DNA of 63,388 nucleotides, counting the filler, from Octopus bimaculoides (Eukaryota): assembly GCF_001194135.2 (NCBI RefSeq). It is 5 parts of 4 records of this genome, joined end to end, with 100 filler letters (N's around TTAATTAATTAA, not from the genome) between each part and the next. Parts side by side here need not be neighbours in the genome. Positions count along the whole stretch, not along the records: positions 1 to 14,070 come from NC_068990.1; 4 more parts are not named here. One strand, written 5' to 3'. Each line of letters starts with the position of its first letter. Position 1 is the first letter of the stretch. Both the position numbers and the translations under genes were made by a program. Below the pieces are notes generated by a model. It was not told where the DNA came from, searched no databases, and worked only from the letters and a program-made list of their open reading frames with translations. Shown piece by piece: positions 1 to 11,322 of the stretch.

Positions 1-170
1 TGAATATATACGTTTTTGCATCGTAACTCCTTTATTATTATTAATATAACCAAAAGGATCGATTCTTGAAGAGTTTGCATACCTTCACTGTCGTTTATTT
101 TCTGCTATTTTGGTGATGATTTTTTGAGTTAGCTTACCAATTATTTTTGTTGGTAGTTAATTTATTATAT

Positions 171-203
<33 letters not shown>

Positions 204-256
204 TAGATAGATAGATAGATAGATAGACAGAAATATATATCCATCAGGTATAATAT

Positions 257-678
257 GGCATGGCTGTGTGGTAAGAAGCTTGCTTCCTAACCACATGGTT
301 CCTGATTCAGCCCCACTGCATGGCACCTTGAGCAAGTGTCTTCTACTTTAACCTCAGGCAGACCAAATCCTTGTGAGTAAATTTGGTAGATGGAAACTGA
401 AAGAAACTCATCGTAAATATATACATGTGCGTGTATATTTATGTATATATTTATGTGTGTGTGTCTTTGTGTCTGTGTTTGTCCTCCCCAACATCACTTG
501 ATAACCATGTGTTTACATCCTCATAACTTAGTAGTTCAGCAAAAGAAACCGATAGAATATGTACTATGCTTACAAATAATAAGTCTTGAGGTCAATTTCT
601 TCAACTAAAACCCTTTAAGGCAGTGCTTCAGCATGACCGCAGTCAAATGACGGAAACAAGTAAGAGAATAAAAGAATA
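257..678 (+). mobile_element. tRNA-derived SINE (family A), full length, CpG-decayed
   Basis: Head TGGCTGTGTGGTAAGAAGCTTGCTTCC with A/B-box-like motifs, internal (TA)/(TG) tract and tail ending GAAACAAGTAAGAGAATAAAAGAA. The same sequence recurs many times in the window. Confidence 0.8.
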
Positions 679-1112
679 AGAATGGTATAATACCCACCAA
701 GTACAATATGTCCTCAGAAATCTTAACCTTCTAGTTTCCTTCTTGTATCTAAATGTCTTGCCATCATAACATTTAAAGTAAAAAAGAGTTTAATGTTTTG
801 CCTGAGAGTATTAAACAACAAACACCTCTCACCCTTAGGTCACAGTGTTAGGGAATAATGATTTCTTTCAAAAAAAAAGCTAGTTTATTTTGGAATATTT
901 AATTGATTTACTACATTCCAATAAACTACAAGTTTTTATTTTATTTATTTCACATTGACACAAAGTAAAACTGATCTTTCTGTGGCTTTAAAGGATTTTA
1001 ATTGAACAAATCACCCCCAGTACCTTTTTAAAATTTTTTTTAAAGCCTGGTACTTCTTCTATCACAGACACAAAAACACTTACACAGATATGTATATATG
1101 TGTATATATATA

Positions 1113-1157
<45 letters not shown>

Positions 1158-1453
1158 NNNNNNNNNNNNNNNNNNNNNNNNNNNNNNNNNNNNNNNNNNN
1201 NNNNNNNNNNNNNNNNNNNNNNNNNNNNNNNNNNNNNNNNNNNNNNNNNNNNNNNNNNNNNNNNNNNNNNNNNNNNNNNNNNNNNNNNNNNNNNNNNNNN
1301 NNNNNNNNNNNNNNNNNNNNNNNNNNNNNNNNNNNNNNNNNNNNNNNNNNNNNNNNNNNNNNNNNNNNNNNNNNNNNNNNNNNNNNNNNNNNNNNNNNNN
1401 NNNNNNNNNNNNNNNNNNNNNNNNNNNNNNNNNNNNNNNNNNNNNNNNNNNNN

Positions 1454-1493
<40 letters not shown>

Positions 1494-1619
1494 CACACAC
1501 ACACATGTATATATATAGAAAGAGAGAGAGAGAACAAGAGAGAGAGAGAGGCAATTATGCAGATACACATATTAGTTTTGGTGTGAAACACAAAATATGT
1601 ATGTGTATATATATATATA

Positions 1620-1765
1620 TGGTTGGCGTTAGGAAGGGCATCCAGCTGTAGAAACTCTGCCAAATCAGACTGGAGCCTGGTGTAGCCATCTGGTTCACCA
1701 GTCCTCAGTCAAATCGTCCAACCCATGCAAGCATAGAAAGCTGACGTTAAACGATGATGATGATG
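1620..1765 (-). mobile_element. RTE-tail-type short retroposon (family C) fragment
   Basis: Reverse complement of the motif TTTAACGTC...CCATGCTAGCATGGGTTGGAC...GGATGCCCTTCCTAACGCCAACC seen on + at 63205-63388, next to a (GAT)n tract. Confidence 0.65.
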
Positions 1766-1785
1766 ATATACATACACACACACAT

Positions 1786-1826
<41 letters not shown>

Positions 1827-1969
1827 TACATATATATATATACACATACATACATGCAAAATGAAAGAAAGCAAAAGGTGGAGACTTTCAGATGATGAAT
1901 TTTTAAGTATATATATATATATATATATATAGATATTTAGTTTAATAGGTCCAACTTACACAGTTTTTT

Positions 1970-2121
1970 TTTCAGTTTCCATCTACTAAATCCACTCAGA
2001 AGGTTTTGGTCAGACCAAGGCTATAGTGGAAGATACTTGCCCAAGGTGCCATACAGTTGAACCGAACCCAGAACCATGTGGTTGGGAAGCAATCTTCTTA
2101 CCACACAGCTACATCTGCACC
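1970..2121 (-). mobile_element. SINE family A, 5' half
   Basis: Reverse complement of the family A head (…GGTTGGGAAGCAATCTTCTTACCACACAGC). Confidence 0.7.
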
Positions 2122-2355
2122 TATGATGTTGATGTTAATGGGATTTGAATTTATTACAGAGAAGGGTGAAACTAAATACCACAAAGCATCATTGAGTCTG
2201 ATATAGTTTCACTGAAATACATCATTCCTTATCTACCCCAGGAAGGTTATTATCATGACAGATATTAAATATCTCATTTGATAAAAACTTTATTAGATTC
2301 CAATGATGTGTGAATGAATCGATTGACTGTATTTTGTTTCCTCTTTGTTTCATAG

Positions 2356-2550
2356 AATCCTGGCTATGCTGGTCGACAGGAACTGCCAGAAAACCTGAAG
2401 ATAAACTTCCGAACTGTTGCCATGATGGTACCAGACAGAGGTATCATTATGCGTGTGAAACTTGCCAGCTGTGGCTTCCAACAGAATGTGATGCTGGCTA
2501 AGAAGTTTTACACTCTTTACAAACTGTGTGAAGAACAACTCACTAAACAG
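2356..2550 (+). CDS. DNAH5: Axonemal dynein heavy chain (DNAH5/DNAH8 type) internal exon, AAA1 domain
   Basis: tttcatag acceptor and gtatga donor; 195 nt, phase 0. Translates to [65 protein letters not shown], the conserved dynein AAA1 segment. The ORF track misses this frame because there is no start codon. DNAH5 versus DNAH8 orthology is not resolved. Confidence 0.95.
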
Positions 2551-3228
2551 GTATGACCATTGGGTTATTGTTGTTGTTGTTGTTACTGTTATTTAACTCC
2601 AGGTAAGACTTCATTGACCAGACCTGTGTTCAGGGTATTCCAGGCTTGATCCAAATTATCCTACTTTTATTTTTAGGGATACTATGTCTGGAACTACATA
2701 ATTCATTGCTCCCTCATGTTTTTAAGTTGATTGGATATGATAAGAAAAGGATTGGACTGCTTATTTACTGCAGGCTTGATAGTGATGATGATGATGGCAA
2801 TAATGATGATGATGGAGGTGGTGGTCTATGCTGGGGCAGGGATGCATTCCTCACCTGGGAGAGTCTTTGTATTTAAGAGCAACCCTATGTCCCGCTGTCT
2901 GGTGAGGATGATACATACATATATACATGTGTGATATATACCCAATATAATGTATAATTATTTTATTTTGTTTGTATATTCACATCTTATCATGTTTGTT
3001 TACATCAATATCCGAAACGTTTATTTGCTATTCCCAGTGACTCCTCACTGCCAATGCCACCAAAAATGAACAATTTTATCATTAAAACTGAAATTGTTAT
3101 GATCCTTTGGATGATAAGTGACAAGAAATTAGCAATAACCTTTGTGTGAATTTTCCATTTCAATTTTCGGTATTATATATATACGTATGTGTGCGTGCAC
3201 ATGTATGAATATAAGGATATATACATGT

Positions 3229-3992
3229 ATAGGGTGTAGTGAATAAACTTTCATTTAAATTACACAAAAATGAAAATAACACTGACATCTCATTTTAACA
3301 TATATATTTACTAAAATTACATAAAAATATCTTGAATACTAAAGAGTTAATTCAATAAGATGGCCACTGACTTCAACCATGGCCTCAAGACAACTTCAGA
3401 ATCTCCTGCAACTCTTCTGGACAGTCTCCTTGTTTAAGTTGGTGAATGCTGCCATAATCCTTGCATTCAGTTTATCTTTGGTACAAGGAGTTTTGTTGGT
3501 CTCTCACTCAACTGTGCCCCACGCATAATAATCAAGGGAGTTGTAATCTGAGGAGTTAGGTGGCCAAATGTTAGGGGTGATGTGGTTGCAGAAATTGTTT
3601 GACAGCCATGACTGGGTTCTCCTGCTTGTGTGGCATGGTGCAGAGCCCTGTTACCAGACATAGGGTCTTCCTGCAAGCACCCTCTTGACCCAGGGCAGCA
3701 CTACCTCCTCCAGGTACTTGATATAGGCCTCCATATTGAGTGCAATGCCATGTGGGAAGATAATTGAAGGCATAACGTTGCTATCACATGATGTTGACCG
3801 GATGTTTGATTTTTATCACTCTCGGTACATCTCAGATTGCACTGCCCTCAAATTAACATCCAAACACTCTGAAATGTTCGTATTGGAGCTTCCGGTGTGA
3901 ATGCCAAGCTGTACAGCATGTTTCCAAATTTCTGGTGAATTGCATCATGGTGCTATCGTTCTCACAGACGGTGCCCAACTGACCCTACTATA
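3229..3992 (-). mobile_element. Internally deleted Tc1/mariner DD37D (maT-type) transposon remnant
   Basis: Minus-strand translation of ~3340-3780 gives YLEEVVLPWVKRVLAGRPYVW*QGSAPCHTSRRTQSWLSNNFCNHITPNIWPPNSSDYNSLDYYAWG. There are 37 residues between the decayed second D (QG for QD) and the third D. TATAGGGTG at 3229 resembles the TACAGGGTG terminus. In-frame stops are present. Confidence 0.85.
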
Positions 3993-4008
3993 CTGAGTAG
4001 TCAGATTA

Positions 4009-4976
4009 CAGTACAGTCTGTATTATCCATGGACATCTGGCAAATCATGTTCATGCATTCATTTCTTCAGATGATATGTCATTAATGGATGTTTAACTGA
4101 GAGTTGTTTATCAATTTTGACCAATATGAACGTTGATTGGGGTATGGTGGGCATTTCAGTGTGTATTTGGCGGGAAGGAATAGGAGGTGATGGAAAGAGA
4201 GGATGGAATGGTAGTTATAAGAAGAGGGAGGTGTGTGGTGATGTTGGACTCATTTTGATATTTGTGTATGCAGATGTCAGGATGGGTAGAGTAGTTCTTT
4301 GGTTTGACCTTGTTCACAGCAGGTGTCTTTTCAGTGAATTTAGAACTACTCAAGTCAGCAAGTACAGTCATTACAGCCATTCAGTTGATGGAATTCATTG
4401 TCTGAGTTGACAAATGATACCTTCTTAAAATGACCTTTTAATTACTTTTGGTGGTATAATGGTATAGCATACAGCATATGAAAATAATGGTTATTTTGTT
4501 TAGTTGTATATTTGCTCTTCTCTTCTATTATATGTCAAAGGCTGTTAGTGTTTTTGTGTTTCAAAATATTTTATTCCAATTCTAGGAATGATGCCAAAAA
4601 TAAAAACAAGGCATTTTGAAACAGAATTGGCATATATTAGAACAAGAGAAAAACATAAACAACTAAACAAAATAACCATTATTTTCATATGCTGTATGCT
4701 ATACAATTATACCACCAAAATTAATTAAAAGGTCACTTTAAGGAAGTATCATTTGTCAACTCAGACAATGAATTCCAACAACTGAATGGCTGTAATGGCA
4801 CCTGCTGTGAATAAGGTCAAACTAAAGAACTATACTACCCATCCGGACATCTACTTCTCATTGGTCAAAATTGATAAACAACCCTCTGTTAAACATATGT
4901 TAATGCCATATCGCCTGAAGAAATGAATGCATGAACATGATTTGTCCTATGTCCAAGGATAATACGGACTGTACTG
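4009..4976. mobile_element. Long-arm palindromic MITE/foldback element, pogo/Tigger-like ends
   Basis: TA-CAGTACAGTCTGTATTATCC at the left end and GGATAATACGGACTGTACTG-TA at the right end. Arm ~4009-4506 is the degenerate reverse complement of ~4660-4976, with two indel blocks. Confidence 0.85.
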
Positions 4977-5105
4977 TAATCATCTCAGGATTATGTACTA
5001 TGATCTTAAGAAGCGATTTGTGGAAACACACATAGCAATGCATTAAAATGTTCATAAACTCTATCCAAGGATGATTATTATCATTACTATATTTATCCTA
5101 CATTA

Positions 5106-5317
5106 AGGAGGCAAGCTGGCAGAAACGTTAGCACGCTGGGCAAAATGCTTTGTGGTGTTCGTCGGTCTTCATGTTCTGAGTTCAAATTCCACCGAGGTCG
5201 ACTTTGCCTGTCATCCTTCCGGGGTTGATAAATTGAGTATCATTTGCGTACTGGGGTCGATCTAATCAATTGGCCCCCTCCCCCAAAATTTCGGGTGTTG
5301 TGCCTACAGTAGAAAAG
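5106..5317 (+). mobile_element. tRNA-derived SINE (family B)
   Basis: GCAAGCTGGCAGAAACGTTAGCACG…GAGTTCAAATTCC…GGTCGACTTTGCC…GGGGTCGATCTAATC. The same family occurs at 41211-42260 and ~58660-58810. Confidence 0.75.
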
Positions 5318-5442
5318 TATATTTCAGCCCCCAAAATCAGTCGGAATCATTAAGTTGTAGCTGGCGTAACAGAATAGGAACTTTTATATGCATATTCAAG
5401 ATGTCTCTTGTAAACAAGCTTAAAGGATATATATATATATAT

Positions 5443-5600
5443 GGTGTGACTGTGTGATACGAAGCTTGCTTCCCAACCACATTGTTCCAGGTTCAGTCCC
5501 ACTGCATGGCACCTTGGGCAAGTGTCTTCCACTATAGTCTCGGGCCAACCAAAGCCTTGTGAGTGGATTTAGTAGACAGAGACTGAAAGAAGCCCATCGT
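5443..5600 (+). mobile_element. SINE family A, 5' half
   Basis: Family A head through GAAAGAAGCCCATCG followed by (AT)n. Confidence 0.7.
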
Positions 5601-6218
5601 ATATATATATATTATTTATGTATATATTAATATTATCTTGGTTGAAAAACTTCAATAACGCAAATATGTTAATAGTTACCAGGGTAGCAAAAATCACACA
5701 AAAACTGGGATATTATACCCGCTTAAGGGGTAGAAATTCCATGTTAAAGTGATGTATTTTGAGTTGATATAAAGAATAATAATAAATGGAGCAAAATGCA
5801 TATAATCAATAAGTTCCTTTAATTCCTACACATGTTTCAAANNNNNNNNNNACACATGTTTCAAAAATTATATGTACTCTACTCCAAAGGAATAAGAGAT
5901 GCTGGTTTATACATATGATTTTATCATCAGGGAACCATATTACAAATGCTTGTGTGTCTGTGTTTGACTCCACCACCATCGCTTGACAACCGATGTAGTT
6001 ACGTCCCCTGTAACTTAGTGGTTCGGCAAAAGAGACCGATAGAATAGGGTTGATTTGTTCAATTAAAGTTGGTGCTCCAGCATGGCCATGGTCAAATGAC
6101 TGAAACCAATAAAAGAATAAACGACTATATATATATATATATATATGTGTGTATATGTATTTATGTATGAATGATGAGGAGGTGCCAGTGGCACCTCCAA
6201 GGACAATTTTGTTGACAA

Positions 6219-6246
6219 ACTAACCAAATCTTTGCTTTTTTTACAG
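6219..6246 (+). promoter_or_regulatory. Branch point (ACTAAC) plus polypyrimidine tract and AG of the dynein intron
   Basis: ACTAAC at 6219-6224 (branch A 23 nt upstream of the intron end), then tctttgctttttttacag. Confidence 0.6.
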
Positions 6247-6381
6247 GTTCATTATGACTTTGGCTTGCGGAATATTTTATCTGTGCTAAGGACACTGGGA
6301 GCTTTTAAAAGAACGAACTCCCAAGACAGTGAATCAACAATTGTAATGAGGGTTTTGAGAGACATGAATCTATCCAAGCTG
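6247..6381 (+). CDS. DNAH5: Axonemal dynein heavy chain (DNAH5/DNAH8 type), next exon
   Basis: ttttacag acceptor and gtatgt donor; 135 nt, phase 0. Translates to [45 protein letters not shown], which directly continues …EEQLTKQ in known axonemal dyneins. Confidence 0.95.
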
Positions 6382-6779
6382 GTATGTTCATTTTTGTTGC
6401 ATTTTAGATTATGATTACTCAACCTGGTATTTATTATGATTAGTTGACCAGGTGTTTATTTTATCGACCATTGAAGAATAAAATCAACTTCAACATGAAT
6501 TGCATGAGAACCACAAATCATAAACCTAGAAAAATGATTTTATATCTCTTTTGTTTTATAGATGTATGAATGAATTATATATAGATTCATGCACACACGC
6601 ATACATGCATGTGCACAAGCACAAATACACACACATATATATGTATGCATGCACACACACACATGCACGCACAAACACACACATATTTTTTTATTAGGAG
6701 CAGCTGTAAAATAATGTAAACATCACTGATGTCATGTACTTAATGTATGTGTTTTGTTCAGGAGTGTTTTTCCTCATCC

Positions 6780-6967
6780 ATTGTCTTAAAGAGACTTCAC
6801 TTTTCCATGCTTGCATGGGTTGGAAACATACTCTTGGAGTGGTTGATGTTAGGAAGGGCATCCATTTGTAGAAACCATGCCAAATTAGACTGGAACTTAA
6901 TGCAGCTCTGCAGCTTACCAGTTCCAGTCCAACCATCTAACCCATGCCAGCATGGAAATCAGACTAA

Positions 6968-6998
<31 letters not shown>

Positions 6999-7010
6999 CG
7001 ACGATGATAT
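6780..7010 (-). mobile_element. RTE-tail-type retroposon (family C) with (GAT)n
   Basis: GGTTGATGTTAGGAAGGGCATCC…CCAACCATCTAACCCATGCCAGCATGGAAA followed by (GAT)n. Confidence 0.6.
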
Positions 7011-7657
7011 GAACTATGGGCTTCTTTCAGTTTTTGTCTACCAAATCCACTCACAAGGTTTTGGTCAGCCTGCAGCTGTAACAGAAGTTATGAACATGGT
7101 TCTCATGGCTTCTGATTTTAACTCATTGGAAGTGTTATCATCTACATGTTTTGTTTTGGTGTAAAAGATGGGTTACAGCAAATACTCTGCTCAATACCAC
7201 AGATTTGTTTGTCAGTAGCTTGAGCATAACCAATTGAGCATGTCCCTAGGTGACTGATGACATGTGCATCTCTGATCACAAGTAGGGGTAGTGAGGGAGC
7301 ATCATAGGCATGTGTTGAGAGGACCCTTATTCACTGGCCTTTTGAGCAGGATCGGCTACTCAACCTGAAGAAATTCTAACTGGGCCCCACCTGCAAGGTC
7401 GTGAGCTGTTTATCTTGATATGAGATCACCATGTTGTGCACATACAGTTGTGATGCATGTACCTAGTGTACCCTTATCAGACATCTGGTCATGATGGGTA
7501 TATTGGACTTTGTATATTCATACTCCTTTGCCACTTTGATGACATGCACTGCTCTCTCACTCACACAACAACAACAAAAATAATAATAATAATAATTTTC
7601 CATACAGATTTTAAAGTTTTTAAAATTTATACATTCAGATTTTATACTTTACAAATA

Positions 7658-8058
7658 GGAGTGGCTGTGTGGTAAGTAGCTTGCTTACCAGCCACATGTT
7701 TCCGGGTTCAGTCCCACTGCGTGGCATCTTGGGCAAGTGTCTTCTACTATAGCCTCGGGCCGACCAAAGCCTTGTGAGTGGATTTGGTAGACGGAAACTG
7801 AAAAAAGCCCGTCATATATATATATGTATGTATATATATATGTGTCTGTGTGTCTGTATTTGTCCCCCTAGCATTGCTTGACAACCGATGCTGGTGTGTT
7901 TATGTTCCAGTCACTTAGTGGTTCGGCAAAAGAGACCAATAGAATAAGTACTAGGCTTACAAAGAATAAGTCCTGTGGTTGATTTGCTCAACTAAAGGCA
8001 GTGCTCCAGCATGGCTGCAGTCAAATAACTGAAGCAAGTAAAAGAGTGAAAAGAGTAA
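7658..8058 (+). mobile_element. SINE family A, full length, young (CpGs retained)
   Basis: Complete from head GGAGTGGCTGTGTGGTAAGTAGCTTGC to tail AAAAGAGTGAAAAGAGT. Confidence 0.9.
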
Positions 8059-8369
8059 AACCACTTGAAATATCTCTAGTGTTCATATTTCAAGTGTTTA
8101 TTACTCAGAACCAAAATTTGATGTTAAAATTTATATTTATAGTATTTCATTTATTATTTCAAATGTTAGCCCTGCCTGTTGTTGTTTGATGCCACATTTC
8201 ACCTGACCATTGCTTGTTTCTATGTTTCACTAGACAGTGCTGTTGCTGCTATAAAATCTTCGCTGCCATATAAGCTGTTGCTTGTATATTGAGATATAAA
8301 CAAGTGAAATAAATTAAGAAAATCTTTTCAAAGTGAACACAGTACTAAAATTCTCTTTTGAAATAGGTA

Positions 8370-9350
8370 CTGGCAACGAAACTGAATACTTAGATGTTCA
8401 TATTTCACTTAAGAATAATAAATACACCACATGAGTATATAACAAAAACCACAATAGCAACTTCTACTTAAATGCACAAAGTAAATGTCTGGATAAATAT
8501 AAGATATTCATTATTAAATTGCTGCTCAGAAGAGCACATTTAATATCATTGATCATTACATTACATCAGAAAGAAGTTATACATATGAAACCAAACATAA
8601 TCAGTAATGGCTACTAGTAGACATAACTATTTATGACTTGAACAAAATTAGTAACAGTACCATCTCTAAAACACAATCTATTATACAACAGACATACAGT
8701 CTACAACAAAAATGAAATGAACATACATTATAAAAACAGATAAAAGAGTTTTAAAGAAGCTGTAGGCAAAATAGATACTACACCAAACTTAAACAGACCT
8801 TAGATATCATAAACCGATAAAAGTCCAAACCTAAAGCATTGACTTTCAAGAAATAGCAAATATAACAATACCAAAAGCAGATCCAAGAAGGAATACCACA
8901 TTTATATCAAAGTTGTTTTGGCAAAGTCTCACATGAAAAGTAACTGAAGTAGCACAAGAATTTACTTTGTCCATTCAACAGTTGCCAACATCATAACATA
9001 CTCAGTGGAAATTGTTTATTGTTATTAGTTTGGGATGAAGCTGATAACATTTAGCAAAATATAGAGGTTGCGATCCACTAACTTTGATTACAATATCCAG
9101 TTGATAACATTATCTGTGATTATAAGTGACTTCCAATCTGATATGTAAGTAAAAGTTGTATGATTTTGTGAGACAATTGACAAAGCAGCTCCAAATGGGT
9201 TCACAGAACACAAGTATTTAGAAATCTACCAAAACTGTCTGAAAAAGAAATATAAATATAATCTATAAAATTACAGATACTCAGTGTACAAAATAATAGA
9301 AGTTATCTTCATTTCCACAGCAGATCCTGTTTTCATTAGACAAGTAACAG
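8370..9350 (+). mobile_element. Degenerate Penelope-like element (RT thumb to GIY-YIG) remnant
   Basis: EYLDVHISLKNNKYTT*VYNKNHNSNFYLNAQSKC…IIKLLLRRAHLIS resembles the PLE RT C-terminus (FLDV…T.VY.K…RA). FVRQ…KQLQM/FTEHK resembles the GIY-YIG motif YVGQT…RF.EH. Many stops and frameshifts. Confidence 0.6.
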
Positions 9351-9404
9351 ACAACCTGAGACAGGACTATAACCAGTGAGCATTCAAAACAATGCATGAC
9401 ATAT

Positions 9405-9793
9405 CTCTTTTACTCTTTTACTTGTTTCAGTCATTTGACTGCGGCCATGCTGGAGCACCGCCTTTAGTCGAGCAAATCGACCCCAGGACTTATTCTTTGT
9501 AAGCCTAGTACTTATTCTATCGGTCTCTTTTGCCGAACCGCTAAGTTATGGGGACGTAAACACACCAGCATCGGTTGTCAAGTGATGCTGGGAGGACAAA
9601 CACAGACACAAACATATACACACACATACATATATATGACAGGCCTCTTTCAGTTTCCGTCTACCAAATCCACCCACAAAGCTTTGGTGTGCCTGAGGCT
9701 ATAGTAGAAGACACTTGCCCAAGGTGCCACGCAGTGGGAATGAACCCAGAACCATGTGGTTGGTAAGCAAGCTACTTACCACACAGCCACTCC
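9405..9793 (-). mobile_element. SINE family A, full length, young
   Basis: Reverse complement is roughly 90% identical by eye to the 7658-8058 copy across the head region. Confidence 0.9.
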
Positions 9794-10443
9794 TTTAAAT
9801 GAATTTTGACATCAAATCTCGTAAGTGAGGAACATTTGAAATATAGACATTCAAACGTTCTTTGTCATCTCCTCCATAAGTTTCATAGCCCTGCAATCAG
9901 CCTTGCATCACTTGTTATCACTTGTCTATACCACTGCAGTCTTCACCCTTGCACACTACATCTGATTCGTCTTCTGTGAAGTATCCTTATGGTTGGGAGG
10001 CGAATATAGAATCATATTCAATGCTGATCATTAACATCCACTCAAATTGTCTCCAGATCCACAGAGTTCTTGCCTGAAACCAGGCCTTGACATATGGTTA
10101 AGAAGTTTACATTGCAGCTAGATGGTTTTGATTTCAATTCCATTGTGTTGCACTTGAGCAAATGTTTGTCACTAAAGCCTTGGTTTGAATAATGCCTTGT
10201 GAATGGTATTTAGAAGATACAAATTATATGTGTGCTTTTTATCTTTAACTTGTTTCAGTCATTAGACTGCAGCCATGGTGGAGTACCACCTTGAAGAACT
10301 TTAATTGAATGAATCTGCCCCAATACTTATATTTTTTTAAGCCTGATACTTATTCTATCAGTCTCTTTTACTGAACAGTTAAGTTACAGGGATATAAACA
10401 CACCAACACCTGTTGTCAAGTGGTATTGGGGGACAAACATGGG

Positions 10444-10498
<55 letters not shown>

Positions 10499-10875
10499 GT
10501 GTGTGTAATAATATTAGGGAATAAAAATTTTATTCCAACCTTACAGACAAAAATCAGTATAATATTATACCGGGTTTCCTAACATATAATATATATGTAT
10601 ATAACTAATTTAGAGACGAACCACCACTCTACAAATCAGTCAACTCAGAACCCGTCCAAATCCATGCTGTGAGGCATATACCATCTTAATATATCTAATG
10701 TTTTACTCTAAAAATTTAAATTAAATAACATATTACATAAATAAATCATAGAAATAAATCATAGAAATATTAGTTTAAGAAATTTAAAAGGCAAATTTAT
10801 AAATTGGACAGTAAAAATTAATACAATAATATACAGTATGGAAGTATAAATGTAAAAAGTTAGTGCTAGTACATA

Positions 10876-10990
10876 GACTACATGCGTTTCATGGCTGAAA
10901 TAGGGCTATATAAAATCATAAGCAAATTCTATCCGAGTTCATTAGAACGGGGAAATGATTTAACTCCCAAAATCAGTCATACTTCAGGTC
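10876..10990 (-). ncRNA. Type I hammerhead ribozyme-like motif (A9 changed to U)
   Basis: Minus strand: GAC (stem I) CUGAAGU, AUGACUGA…UCAGCCAU (stem II, 7/8 pairs), GAA, AC-GCAU-GU (stem III), A, cleavage site, GUC (stem I'). Confidence 0.65.
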
Positions 10991-11322
10991 AAATCCTTAA
11001 GAAAATACCTAAAATCATTCAAGGAATAAATATAAACATGAGAAATAAAAATATATATAAAGAGACAAAATCTGTAAACTAATCCCTACATTAACGGTAT
11101 TAATATAATTATTAAGAGTTACAATCTAAAAATATTATAGTAAATAAGGTTAAAACATTATGGAATAAGTAGATAATAGTAAAATAATGCGTTAGTGTAC
11201 AAAGTTACTAAAAGACGGATGTCAATATTCTTTATAAAATTAAAATAAGAAGACATGACTTATCTGCCGGCTGGTAATTTGTAGATTAAACCCAAAATGG
11301 CTGTGCTATAGAATTTATACTA

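Noticed and set aside
2439-2446. Possible internal donor AG|GTATCA at the DRG codon (Q in the vertebrate sequences as I recall them)
   Set aside because: Using it would give an 85-nt frameshifting exon. The dynein match continues to the canonical donor at 2551.
2310-2501. ORF-track peptide MNESIDC… overlapping the dynein exon
   Set aside because: Wrong frame. The conserved dynein frame starts at the 2356 acceptor.
5828-5865. ACACATGTTTCAAA repeated on both sides of a 10-N gap
   Set aside because: Typical unmerged contig overlap.
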